From: a virus
Taxonomy: Duplodnaviria > Caudoviricetes
DNA: 64,000 nt
Direction: 5' to 3' (one strand)
IMG/VR virus record: IMGVR_UViG_3300025653_000030
Location: 1 to 64,000 of that record
Position numbers and translations under genes: made by a program. Each line of letters opens with the position of its first letter. Position 1 is the stretch's first letter. The notes beneath the pieces were generated by a model. The model saw only the letters and a list, made by a program, of their open reading frames with translations. It had not been told where the DNA came from and searched no databases. This document shows, piece by piece, positions 16,378 to 25,172 of the stretch.

Positions 16378-18333
16378 ATGAAAGGTACATTAATTTCAGT
16401 TGATTTTGTTAAGGATTCAGATGGCAATTATAGATTTGTCGAAATGAATACTGATACTGCAGCCTCAAACAACTTTATAAATACTCATTTAGATTGGAGT
16501 GAACTAATTGCTTGGTTTACATCAACACCAGAATTAGAATCAAGTGTTGATACTGTTGGTGTTGTATTTAAAGAAGAAATACATCGTAATTTAGTAAACT
16601 CATTATCTCAATCAATACACACAAACCTTGGAGACCAGATTACTACATGGGTTGAAGAATCGGAAGATATTGATACTATCTATCCAACCACAATAGAAGA
16701 TAATTATAACAAAATGATTATTAGAATGGCCTATGATGAAAACGCCATTCTTGATTCAACTTATTGTAAAAACGCATCTAATGCACTTGAATTATTTGTA
16801 GATAATGATGATAGTGGTAGTTGTGTTAATTTTTATTACTCATCATCAGAAGATGGAGTATATGATAGTTTAGATATATCTGAAAACTCATCACCATTTC
16901 CTGATTTCGTTTACAAACATAAAACACCACACAATAGTGTTCAGTTTGGAAAGATACCTCATGTTTCTGACTCTGCAACATTACAAGAAAGATGGGATAA
17001 GTTAAAAGAATATAGTGCTTCAACAGGTAGTAATGATGAATTATTTATAATGAATTATCATGTTGCTCCATCATACTCTACTGATAATGTTGTTCAATCA
17101 TTAAGACAATATTATATTGTACATGGTGATAACTTATCATTGTTTCATATAGGAAGTCATGTAATTCCTGCTCAATATACATTACCATCAGCATCTGTTA
17201 TTGATACTGCTTCATATAATCAATGGTCATCATCTATTGAAATGATGAGTGGTAGTAATGTAGATGATATACCATATATGTACCCAAGAAAACATTACTA
17301 TGAATACTCAACATCTTTACCAAAAGAAAATAGAGTAAACATGGATGGTGTTTATGAAACAGAACAATTTGTTTCATCTTCAGATGAGAATGTAGTACCA
17401 TGGATGATACCAACTGGCTCTACATTAAAAACAATACATATTGCTGGAATGCCTGATACAGATGTTTCATCAGAATATTTACAATTTTCATATACAGGTT
17501 CTGCTTTACCATCTGGTTCATACGAAACTTCATCGGTAGTTACTTCAGTTTCATGGCAACCAATGAAAACAAATACTTTATTCGAAGTATCTCTTTCTAA
17601 TGATGATAAGAAATATTTTGGTGAAGGAGCTGCTGTATTAACATACTCAACATCATCTGATGAAACAAGATTTGAAATTGTAAACACATTAGAAGCAGAT
17701 GATAATTACTTTGTTAATAAAGATGGAAATTTAATAGATATAACTTCAGTTAAACATCTTGTTTTCACAGAACCAACCGGTAGTTTTGTAAAGATAGATG
17801 TTGAATCAACTGATACACTTTTAACTGATGGTAACTATTTCTCGATTGTTGTACACAACGCTTGTTTTGTAGAAGGTACAACTATATCTTTATCAAATGG
17901 AGATACTAAAAACATTGAAGATATTATTGTTGGAGATGAAGTTCTTTCATATAACGAAGAAACTAAAGAAATAGAAAGTAAAAAAGTAATAGGTACACAA
18001 ACACCAAACCATACTAATTTAGTTAAATATAAATTATCAAATGGAACTGAATTAGTTTGTACACATGACCATCCATTCTACATTGAATGTGATGCTAAAG
18101 ATTTAGCTTCATTTAAACCTGGTAAAACTCTTTCAAGATACAATTGGAAAGATGATAGAGTTGCTTTAATAGAGGTTGGTGATAATCTTTATGATTCAAA
18201 CTTAGAACCAGTAACTATTGAATCGATAGAAGATATAAGTAATGAAACAGTTAAAACATTTATATTCCAAGTAGAAGATAATAGTAACTTCTTTGCAAAT
18301 GGAATATTAACACACAATAAAGGACAGGTATAA
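16378..18333 (+). CDS. Circularly permuted ATP-grasp ligase fused to a degenerate HINT and an intact BIL-type HINT domain
   Basis: N-terminal SVDFVKDSDGNYRFVEMNT, then PDFVYK, FIMNYH and SLRQYYIVHG (permuted ATP-grasp order); ..IDVESTDTLLTDGNYFSIVVHN494-A-C496FVEGT..THDHPF..FFANGILTHN647-KGQV. Confidence 0.75.
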   Translation: MKGTLISVDFVKDSDGNYRFVEMNTDTAASNNFINTHLDWSELIAWFTSTPELESSVDTVGVVFKEEIHRNLVNSLSQSIHTNLGDQITTWVEESEDIDTIYPTTIEDNYNKMIIRMAYDENAILDSTYCKNASNALELFVDNDDSGSCVNFYYSSSEDGVYDSLDISENSSPFPDFVYKHKTPHNSVQFGKIPHVSDSATLQERWDKLKEYSASTGSNDELFIMNYHVAPSYSTDNVVQSLRQYYIVHGDNLSLFHIGSHVIPAQYTLPSASVIDTASYNQWSSSIEMMSGSNVDDIPYMYPRKHYYEYSTSLPKENRVNMDGVYETEQFVSSSDENVVPWMIPTGSTLKTIHIAGMPDTDVSSEYLQFSYTGSALPSGSYETSSVVTSVSWQPMKTNTLFEVSLSNDDKKYFGEGAAVLTYSTSSDETRFEIVNTLEADDNYFVNKDGNLIDITSVKHLVFTEPTGSFVKIDVESTDTLLTDGNYFSIVVHNACFVEGTTISLSNGDTKNIEDIIVGDEVLSYNEETKEIESKKVIGTQTPNHTNLVKYKLSNGTELVCTHDHPFYIECDAKDLASFKPGKTLSRYNWKDDRVALIEVGDNLYDSNLEPVTIESIEDISNETVKTFIFQVEDNSNFFANGILTHNKGQV

Positions 18334-18335
18334 TC

Positions 18336-18494
18336 ATGGCAGTACAAAAATCAGAAATACAAAATCATGTTTATCGTTCAAAAGAAAACGGTACAGTATC
18401 AGCAAATATCACAGCGGTAAGTAACAGCGAAGTAACTTCATGTAAATCAGTTGTTACAAACTTAATGACATATATTATCGCAAAACACTCTTAG
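18336..18494 (+). CDS. Unannotated 52-aa peptide (MAVQKSEIQNHVYRSKENGTVSANITAVSNSEVTSCKSVVTNLMTYIIAKHS)
   Basis: ATG 2 nt after the upstream stop; fills the gap almost exactly; codon usage is phage-like. Confidence 0.65.
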   Translation: MAVQKSEIQNHVYRSKENGTVSANITAVSNSEVTSCKSVVTNLMTYIIAKHS

Positions 18495-18510
18495 TAAATT
18501 AACTCTTCTA

Positions 18511-18518
18511 TATTTATA
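18511..18518 (+). promoter_or_regulatory. Late-type motif TATTTATA
   Basis: 20 nt upstream of the ATG at 18538. Confidence 0.55.
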
Positions 18519-18537
18519 TTCGTAAAGATGTTACTTT

Positions 18538-19092
18538 ATGGATACAACTAAGATACTACAACTAAAACTTACAAAAGAAAGTTTAGTTCCTTTTGAAATC
18601 TTGGAAGATTATAAAATAGTTTTGGTAAATAAAGAAAACTATAATACTTATCTTCGTGAACTTTCCTATGTTTCACATTTAATGAAACAAGACTTCGATT
18701 GGGTTGGGATTCCTGATGAACTTATGTTACATAGTAGGTTCGAAACACACAACTCTTCAGTACATTTATTTTACTACAACCATTCACCAATTGGTTGGAT
18801 GTGGGGTAATCCAAACCACACACCACTTTGGGAAGAAATGTATCAACCACTTAAGCCAAATGAGATGTTTGTTGGTGGTGCATTTGTTACTCAAAAATTA
18901 AAAAACAAACCAAAAGGATGTGGAGTTAGTATGTATCATTTAACTCTAAAAAAGTTTTTAGAGTATGATGGAGTTGATTGTTTGTATTCACATGCTGACA
19001 CTTGGAATGATAAATCAATTCATATTTGTTATAAAGTGGGTTGGTATGATTTTAATTTTATAAAGGAGAATAATGGCAACACAGAACATTAG
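18538..19092 (+). CDS. GNAT-fold acetyltransferase-like protein
   Basis: IGWMW..MFVGGAFV..KPKGCG..ADTWNDKSIHICYKVGW resembles GNAT motifs A and B. Confidence 0.55.
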   Translation: MDTTKILQLKLTKESLVPFEILEDYKIVLVNKENYNTYLRELSYVSHLMKQDFDWVGIPDELMLHSRFETHNSSVHLFYYNHSPIGWMWGNPNHTPLWEEMYQPLKPNEMFVGGAFVTQKLKNKPKGCGVSMYHLTLKKFLEYDGVDCLYSHADTWNDKSIHICYKVGWYDFNFIKENNGNTEH

Positions 19093-19741
19093 TAAACAAG
19101 CACCAAAAGGTAAAATAAAGTTTTCAATAACTCTATCAGAAGAACAAAAGATGGCAAAGACAAATATCTTATACCATCCATATAACTTCGTAATGGGTAA
19201 AGCTGGTAGTGGTAAAACATTACTTGCAGTACAAATTGCATTAGATATGTTTTTTACTCGTAAGATAAATCAAATCGTTATAACAAGACCAACAGTATCA
19301 AATGAGGATAATGGATACCTACCAGGTTCATTAGATGAAAAGATGGAGCCATGGTTAGTACCGATTCGTTCTAATATGAGAAAGGTTTATAACAAACCAA
19401 CTATATTACAAAAGATGGAATCGGATGAAAACATCGAGTTAGTATCACTATCTCACTTTAGAGGTAGAACCTTTGATAATGCTTGTGTAATCGTAGATGA
19501 GTTTCAGAACTTAACTAAACAACAACTTAGTATGGTGTTAGGTAGATTAGGAAAAAAATCAACTATGATTCTTACAGGTGACCCACAACAAATAGATTTA
19601 AAGTTTCCAAATGATTCAGCAATACACGAAGTACCAAAAATCAAAGAATCACAATATGTATATCAAGTAAGTTTATTAGATAATCATAGACATGAATCAT
19701 TAGATGAAATACTAAGATTATTATCCGCTTATGCAACATAG
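19073..19741 (+). CDS. phoH: PhoH-family ATPase
   Basis: GKAGSGKT Walker A, ITRP, GYLPG, RGRTFDNA..IVDEFQN, GDPQQID. Confidence 0.95.
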   Translation: MATQNISKQAPKGKIKFSITLSEEQKMAKTNILYHPYNFVMGKAGSGKTLLAVQIALDMFFTRKINQIVITRPTVSNEDNGYLPGSLDEKMEPWLVPIRSNMRKVYNKPTILQKMESDENIELVSLSHFRGRTFDNACVIVDEFQNLTKQQLSMVLGRLGKKSTMILTGDPQQIDLKFPNDSAIHEVPKIKESQYVYQVSLLDNHRHESLDEILRLLSAYAT

Positions 19742-19744
19742 GTT

Positions 19745-20353
19745 ATGAATACACAAAGATTTTACCCTCCATCAGAGTGGAAGAGAACAAAACATAATGC
19801 AAATTTTATTGGGCTAATTCGTTTAATAAACGAGTTAAGTATATTTGTAGACGGTGGAAATATTGAAGTTAACTTTTCTGAAGAACCAACCATGATTGAG
19901 ATTGGTAGTTATATGGGAGAATCAACTATGATGTTTGCATCTTCTGGTATATTTAAAAAAATATATACAATAGACCCACATGAAGGTGATGAGAACTTTA
20001 ATAAGAAATATAATATTACATGGGATTGGGTGAAGACTCAATATCAAATAAACACTCGGCATTTTAAAAACATATCTTTAATATCAGATTATAGTTACAA
20101 TGTAGATTATTTATTTAATGATAATAGTATTGATTTTATTTATATTGATGGGAATCACTCATATGAATCTGTTAAAAAAGATTTAAAATTATATCTACCA
20201 AAGATAAAAAACAATGGAGTTATAGCAGGACATGATTATTCAACAGAATATAGTGGAGTCATGGATGCTGTAGATGAAATACTTGGAGAACCTAACCTAA
20301 CCTTTCTTGATTCAAGTTGGATTTACATTAAAAAAAATAAAAGTTTATTGTAA
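19745..20353 (+). CDS. Class I SAM-dependent methyltransferase (Methyltransf_24-like)
   Basis: IEIGSYMGES, DFIYIDGNHSYESVKKD, GVIAGHDY. Confidence 0.9.
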   Translation: MNTQRFYPPSEWKRTKHNANFIGLIRLINELSIFVDGGNIEVNFSEEPTMIEIGSYMGESTMMFASSGIFKKIYTIDPHEGDENFNKKYNITWDWVKTQYQINTRHFKNISLISDYSYNVDYLFNDNSIDFIYIDGNHSYESVKKDLKLYLPKIKNNGVIAGHDYSTEYSGVMDAVDEILGEPNLTFLDSSWIYIKKNKSLL

Positions 20354-20368
20354 AATAATCCACTTTCT

Positions 20369-20401
20369 GCTTGGATTTCTCATTTATTTTTCGTATATTT
20401 A
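20369..20401 (+). promoter_or_regulatory. Early-type promoter
   Basis: GCTTG-N20-TATATTTA. Confidence 0.8.
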
Positions 20402-20437
20402 CTATGTAAATAATTAATAACACTTAAAACTTAAATT

Positions 20438-20593
20438 ATGTATTCATTAGATTGTTCCTTTTTTACTGAAACCTTTAACACGATTGATGAGTTAATCAAC
20501 CATGTTATGATAAGTGGTTCAGACCCTAATTATGAAATCACCAAAAATGGTAACCCTACTGGTGAAATGGCAATTGATTTAATACAATTTTAA
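20438..20593 (+). CDS. Small hypothetical protein (51 aa)
   Basis: First ORF after the promoter; below the track cutoff. Confidence 0.55.
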   Translation: MYSLDCSFFTETFNTIDELINHVMISGSDPNYEITKNGNPTGEMAIDLIQF

Positions 20594-20603
20594 TAAACTT
20601 ACT

Positions 20604-20912
20604 ATGACACAATTTGAAATTTGGTTAGATAAAGTAAACGAAAAACGAAAAACTTATTGGAACGATAATTACAATCACAAAGAATATGAACCATTAACAA
20701 TATCTAAAGGTAATAAATACATGAAGATTATTGATGGTGGTTCTGTTTGGGGATTCGTTTCAATGTTCGAAGGAGTTAATAAAGGTTCTCTTGTATGTAA
20801 GGGAGATTTATTGAAACCCGCTTCTTGGAATTCACCAGCCAAACACTCAAGAGGAAACATCTTTGATGGTTCTGATAAATGGAGTTATTACGGCCCAACC
20901 TATCTTATATAA
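20604..20912 (+). CDS. Conserved-type phage early protein
   Basis: KYMKII..SVWGFV..GDLLKPASWNSPAKHSRGNI motif typical of large-phage early genes. Confidence 0.7.
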   Translation: MTQFEIWLDKVNEKRKTYWNDNYNHKEYEPLTISKGNKYMKIIDGGSVWGFVSMFEGVNKGSLVCKGDLLKPASWNSPAKHSRGNIFDGSDKWSYYGPTYLI

Positions 20913-20927
20913 AAAAACTAATCTATT

Positions 20928-20960
20928 ATTTGGAAATTTAAATATTTCACCGTATCTTTA
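20928..20960 (+). promoter_or_regulatory. Early-type promoter for the tRNA cluster
   Basis: ATTTG-N20-TATCTTTA. Confidence 0.7.
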
Positions 20961-20973
20961 AAAAGTTAAAGAA

Positions 20974-21059
20974 GCCAAAGTGGTGGAACTGGTAGACACG
21001 AGGGACTTAAAATCCCTTGAACAGTAATGTTCGTGTGGGTTCGATTCCCACCTTTGGTA
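20974..21059 (+). tRNA. trnL: tRNA-Leu(TAA)
   Basis: GCCAAAG/CTTTGGT, AGGGA-CTTAAAA-TCCCT, long variable arm. Confidence 0.95.
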
Positions 21060-21067
21060 CAAGATAT

Positions 21068-21141
21068 GGCTCCGTAGCTCAGTTGGATAGAGCATCTGCC
21101 TTCTAAGCAGACGGTCAAAGGTTCGAATCCTTTCGGAGTCA
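21068..21141 (+). tRNA. trnR: tRNA-Arg(TCT)
   Basis: GGCTCCG/CGGAGTC, TCTGC-CTTCTAA-GCAGA. Confidence 0.95.
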
Positions 21142-21145
21142 CTAA

Positions 21146-21219
21146 GCTCTCATAGCTCAGTTGGTTAGAGCACTTCACTCATAATGAATAGGTCATAGGT
21201 TCGAGTCCTATTGGGAGCA
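21146..21219 (+). tRNA. tRNA with CAT anticodon (elongator Met-like; Ile2 not excluded)
   Basis: GCTCTCA/TGGGAGC acceptor and CTCATAA loop; paired 1-72, so not an initiator. Confidence 0.85.
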
Positions 21220-21249
21220 CCTAAAAAACTCAAAAATAATTCACTTTTT

Positions 21250-21282
21250 GCTTGGCAGTCTCGGCTTTTTTTCGTATATTTA
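21250..21282 (+). promoter_or_regulatory. Early-type promoter
   Basis: GCTTG-N20-TATATTTA; shares about 31 bp with the 20369 copy. Confidence 0.8.
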
Positions 21283-21301
21283 CTATGTAAATAATTAAGA
21301 T

Positions 21302-21691
21302 ATGAAGTTAAAAAAAGAAGATATTATAAAACTTAAAAACTATAAACACTACGAGAAGTTAGTAAAGAAATCAGAAGGTAAAGGTAAGATGCCACAACTA
21401 AGATGGGTTTCCGATTTACTTACTGAAATAAACATCGACCACAATTACTCTGATTGGAGTGAAACTAAGTGGAGACCAAATGGATTAAGATATCACACAA
21501 GTGGTGGTTCGAGAGAATATACTGGTGGTAGATTGAGAATCTCTGAGATTAACTTTGATGCTACTTCTACCGATACTTACTACTCTTGGAACACTTGGAG
21601 TTATGTTAGAGATATTCTAAACCTTATAAACGATAAGTTAAGTATCGAACATTTCTACTCTCAAGGAAAAGTATATATAAAAGAAAAATAA
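21302..21691 (+). CDS. Hypothetical protein
   Basis: 129-aa ORF after the promoter. Confidence 0.65.
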   Translation: MKLKKEDIIKLKNYKHYEKLVKKSEGKGKMPQLRWVSDLLTEINIDHNYSDWSETKWRPNGLRYHTSGGSREYTGGRLRISEINFDATSTDTYYSWNTWSYVRDILNLINDKLSIEHFYSQGKVYIKEK

Positions 21692-21946
21692 AACCTTAAA
21701 ATATGATAAAATATAAAAATTACAGTAATATAAACCAATCAAACTATATGGAGTTGGATTCCAAATTTTTAACTCTACTAAAGTTAGTAAAACAATGTCA
21801 TAAATCCGCTTCTTGGGGTGATGATGTATTTGTTGAAAAACTAATTTCTTCAGTTGTTGATTTAGATTCAATACCTGATTGGTTAGAGATTGATGAAGAT
21901 TATTTAAAAAAAGTTGCTAATAGTTAAAACCTTAAAATATGATAAA
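21689..21946 (+). repeat. 22-bp perfect direct repeat TAAAACCTTAAAATATGATAAA (21689-21710, 21925-21946)
   Basis: Each copy spans a stop codon, the translation-initiation region and the ATG of the next gene. Confidence 0.8.
21703..21927 (+). CDS. Hypothetical protein
   Basis: 74-aa ORF bracketed by the 22-bp repeats. Confidence 0.6.
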   Translation: MIKYKNYSNINQSNYMELDSKFLTLLKLVKQCHKSASWGDDVFVEKLISSVVDLDSIPDWLEIDEDYLKKVANS

Positions 21947-22127
21947 TAAAATAAAATCCAAAATGTTAACCTACCTATTTAAAGATTGGGTAGCCAATGA
22001 ATATGATTTAGAAACCTTAGAGCTTACTAAGGGGATGATTCATAATAGAGAAGTTATGTTAAAAACCATAATTGATAAAGTACAACATAAACCAATCTTA
22101 GGATTCAGGCAACATACTAAAATATAA
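21939..22127 (+). CDS. Hypothetical protein
   Basis: 62-aa ORF. Confidence 0.55.
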   Translation: MINKIKSKMLTYLFKDWVANEYDLETLELTKGMIHNREVMLKTIIDKVQHKPILGFRQHTKI

Positions 22128-23374
22128 TGAAAAAACTTATTGGACTATTATGCATTCTATTATTAATAGGATGTGAGAAGGAAGAACTGGTATCAATCGA
22201 TATTGATGATATCATTGTAGATGATAACACTACAAACCCCATAACACAAACAATTTATAAAGAATCTTATTTAAACCAAAAAAGTGGTATTGTATTTTTA
22301 TGGGGAGGCCCTGCTGGTGGTGGTGGAGTTCCTACCTATATTACAAATATGGGAATTAATACTCAAGGCCCACAAGGATTTAATCAAGGAGCGGCATACC
22401 ACGATGTAAATGGTGATGGGTATATTGATATACTTGCATCAAGAACATGGGATGATAATAATCAAGAAATACCATCTATCGATTGGTATATAAACCAAGG
22501 TGATAACAAAAATTTTAGGATAGATACTTCATACATAACACAGAGTACATCTGATATGAGAGCACATAAAATACTCAAAACAGATGTTAACAACGATGGT
22601 TTGGCTGATTTTATAATACTTGGTGTAGATGAAAGAGTTCAAGGAAACTATGGTGGTAATTTTACTGTATTGATTAGAAACTCTACATTTCCAATGTATA
22701 TGGTAAAAGAAATTGATAATGGTACTGGTCTTTGGTATCACAATGGAGCTGCTGGAGATATAAATGGAGATGGTAATGTAGATGTAGTTGCGGCACAATA
22801 CATATGGTATGGAGATGGTTCGGGTAACTTTACAAACACATATATTGATTTACATCAATGGACTAGTCCAATACTAAGTTATGAAATATTAGATTTTAAT
22901 TCAGATGGTTATAACGATATAATTGTTGGTACTCATAGTTCAAACCAAATGACCTCAACAATAATATGGGGAGATAGTAATGGATTTGATGTACAAAACA
23001 AAACATCTCTACCAGAAACAAATTCAGATGGAACATTTGATATCGAGTTTTTAGATGTAGATAGAGATGGTGATTTAGATATTGTTGAAGGTAGATATTA
23101 CGCACCTAATACAGGATATGATTCTCAATTAGTAACATATTTAAATAATGATGGTATATTCACACTCGATACTACAATACTTGAACAATCAAAAGATGGC
23201 CAAGGATTAAACTCAGAACAATGGAACTCAGATAACTTTGGTTGGACACAATTCAAAGTAGATGATATTGATAACGATGGAATAGATGATATTATTGCTG
23301 AAAACTTTCACGATGGTAAATACAATGGTTTAAAACTTATAAATGGAACTTGGACAAAATACAGATTTAATTAA
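22127..23374 (+). CDS. Lipoprotein with FG-GAP/VCBS repeats (Ca-binding beta-propeller)
   Basis: Lipobox LLLIGC; repeated DxNxDGxxD motifs (DVNGDGYID, DVNNDGLAD, DINGDGNVD, DFNSDGYND, DVDRDGDLD, DIDNDGIDD). Confidence 0.85.
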   Translation: MKKLIGLLCILLLIGCEKEELVSIDIDDIIVDDNTTNPITQTIYKESYLNQKSGIVFLWGGPAGGGGVPTYITNMGINTQGPQGFNQGAAYHDVNGDGYIDILASRTWDDNNQEIPSIDWYINQGDNKNFRIDTSYITQSTSDMRAHKILKTDVNNDGLADFIILGVDERVQGNYGGNFTVLIRNSTFPMYMVKEIDNGTGLWYHNGAAGDINGDGNVDVVAAQYIWYGDGSGNFTNTYIDLHQWTSPILSYEILDFNSDGYNDIIVGTHSSNQMTSTIIWGDSNGFDVQNKTSLPETNSDGTFDIEFLDVDRDGDLDIVEGRYYAPNTGYDSQLVTYLNNDGIFTLDTTILEQSKDGQGLNSEQWNSDNFGWTQFKVDDIDNDGIDDIIAENFHDGKYNGLKLINGTWTKYRFN

Positions 23375-24257
23375 CCAACATAGATTATATCTTAATGATA
23401 AAGTTTTAAGAATATATACGAACAATTCTTCTATTGATGATATTTTAATATCAATATTAGAATATTCTAAATCAAACCATTCTTTCATAATATTAAATGA
23501 AGAAGAAACTATAAATCAAAGTGAATACTTTGAGGCAATATGTAATTTAATTAAATCATTACCCAATGAGATTTATATAATGCAGAGTTCTTTAACAAAA
23601 CATCTGTATTCAGTTGAACCTCTTTTAAATCTTATTCAATGGAAGTATGGATATATCAGAAACAAACCAAGTGATACTAAAGATACACTCAAAATATTTC
23701 CAAACAACTTATTTGATAAATCATATAAAACAAACAAATCAAATAAACTAATATTATCAATTCGTTCAGATAATGACCAGAGAGATTATTTAAAAAGTAG
23801 ATTAAAAAATAACTATGATGGGATAGTTAGATTAAATACAGATTCCAATATTGGTTGGCCAGAGTTACTTAAAGAATATGGTAAATCACTATTCTCTTTT
23901 GTAGTTGAAACAAACTATCCAACCACAACAAATCTATCAAGTGTAACTGAAAAGAGTGTTATACCTTTTATAACTAACTCTATTCCAATTGTTCTTGGTA
24001 AACAAAACATTGTAAAAGATTTAGAAGATTGTGGATTTTGGATTGCAAATAAAGATTTTGGTTTTGATATTGAAGATACATATGTTGATTACTCTAAATC
24101 TAAAGTAAATGCATATGTGAGATGTTTAGAAATAATTAATAAGTTAAGTTATAAGAAATGTTTAGAATATTATAATCAAAACATAGATAGAATAAAAACA
24201 AACAGAAAAATAATAGTTGATTTGTACCAAGAAAAATACTTAAAAAAGCTTGTGTAA
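23343..24257 (+). CDS. Putative glycosyltransferase (paralog-like of 9670-10650)
   Basis: FSFVVET..VTEKSVIPFITNSIPIVLG..LEDCGF motif. Confidence 0.5.
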   Translation: MELGQNTDLINQHRLYLNDKVLRIYTNNSSIDDILISILEYSKSNHSFIILNEEETINQSEYFEAICNLIKSLPNEIYIMQSSLTKHLYSVEPLLNLIQWKYGYIRNKPSDTKDTLKIFPNNLFDKSYKTNKSNKLILSIRSDNDQRDYLKSRLKNNYDGIVRLNTDSNIGWPELLKEYGKSLFSFVVETNYPTTTNLSSVTEKSVIPFITNSIPIVLGKQNIVKDLEDCGFWIANKDFGFDIEDTYVDYSKSKVNAYVRCLEIINKLSYKKCLEYYNQNIDRIKTNRKIIVDLYQEKYLKKLV

Positions 24258-24280
24258 TTCAAAAATTTTTCGTATATTTA
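24248..24280 (+). promoter_or_regulatory. Early-type promoter
   Basis: GCTTG-N20-TATATTTA; shares about 28 bp with the 422 copy. Confidence 0.8.
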
Positions 24281-24297
24281 CATAGTAAATGAGAGAT

Positions 24298-24783
24298 ATG
24301 ATAAAAAAGAAAATAGTTTATATTGATATGGATGGGGTCTTAGTTGACTTCGGTAAAGCAATTGATGATTGGTTTAAACAACATCCACATTTAGAAGATA
24401 GATACAAAACCTTTCCTGACCACATACAAGGTTTATTCAGAATTGCTCCACCTATCAAGGGTGCTATCGAGGCAGTTAAGAAACTACATGAAAGTGGTAA
24501 GTATGAATTATTCATAGCTACTTCAGCTCCTTGGGGTAACCCACAATCAAATACTGATAAAAGATTTTGGATAGAAGATTACTTCGGTGATATCTTCCAC
24601 AAAAGAATGTTTATTACTCACAGAAAAGATTTACTGATGGGTGATTACCTAATCGATGATAGATTAAAGAATGGTGCCGGTGATTTTAAAGGTAAACTTT
24701 TGAGATTCGGTTTCGATTGGGAAAACGATAACAAACCAAATGAGTTTCCAACATGGAAAAGTATATTAGATTATTTATTATAG
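24298..24783 (+). CDS. 5'(3')-deoxyribonucleotidase (HAD, NT5C-like)
   Basis: YIDMDGVLVDF motif I, KDLLMGDYLIDD motif; alternative start at 24289. Confidence 0.9.
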   Translation: MIKKKIVYIDMDGVLVDFGKAIDDWFKQHPHLEDRYKTFPDHIQGLFRIAPPIKGAIEAVKKLHESGKYELFIATSAPWGNPQSNTDKRFWIEDYFGDIFHKRMFITHRKDLLMGDYLIDDRLKNGAGDFKGKLLRFGFDWENDNKPNEFPTWKSILDYLL

Positions 24784-25172
24784 GAATACTATTATCATCT
24801 TGTTCAATAGCAGATGATGTGTTAGTATTAGATGAACCAACCTTAGAAATAGATGGTAGGTTACCAATGGATGATAATGGATATTATCACTTAGAATTAA
24901 ATCAAGATACAAATCAAACCATCCATACGATTGGTGGTACAATTGATAATCATGAATTATATAATCCACTAAAAGTAGAGTGGAGTAGTAACTTAGATTG
25001 GGTATATCAAGATATGTTAGTTGATGTTACTAACCATTCTTCTTATTCTATAAATGGTGAAGTTAATAATGTAATTGCACCTGTTAGAACAATGGTTGGG
25101 GATACACTTATATTAACAGGCGTAATTAGAGAACACTTAACTTCTGATACAATAAAAATAGTTTTAGATTAA
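24753..25172 (+). CDS. Putative lipoprotein
   Basis: Signal peptide with lipobox LLSSC. Confidence 0.6.
   Translation: MEKYIRLFIIGILLSSCSIADDVLVLDEPTLEIDGRLPMDDNGYYHLELNQDTNQTIHTIGGTIDNHELYNPLKVEWSSNLDWVYQDMLVDVTNHSSYSINGEVNNVIAPVRTMVGDTLILTGVIREHLTSDTIKIVLD

Noticed and set aside
17863-18318. Canonical splicing intein or homing element
   Set aside because: The +1 residue is Lys rather than C/S/T, the C-extein is only 4 aa, and there is no endonuclease insert; BIL-type is the better reading.
20966-21178. Minus-strand 70-aa ORF (and the similar one at 11552-11740)
   Set aside because: These are antisense translations of tRNA genes.
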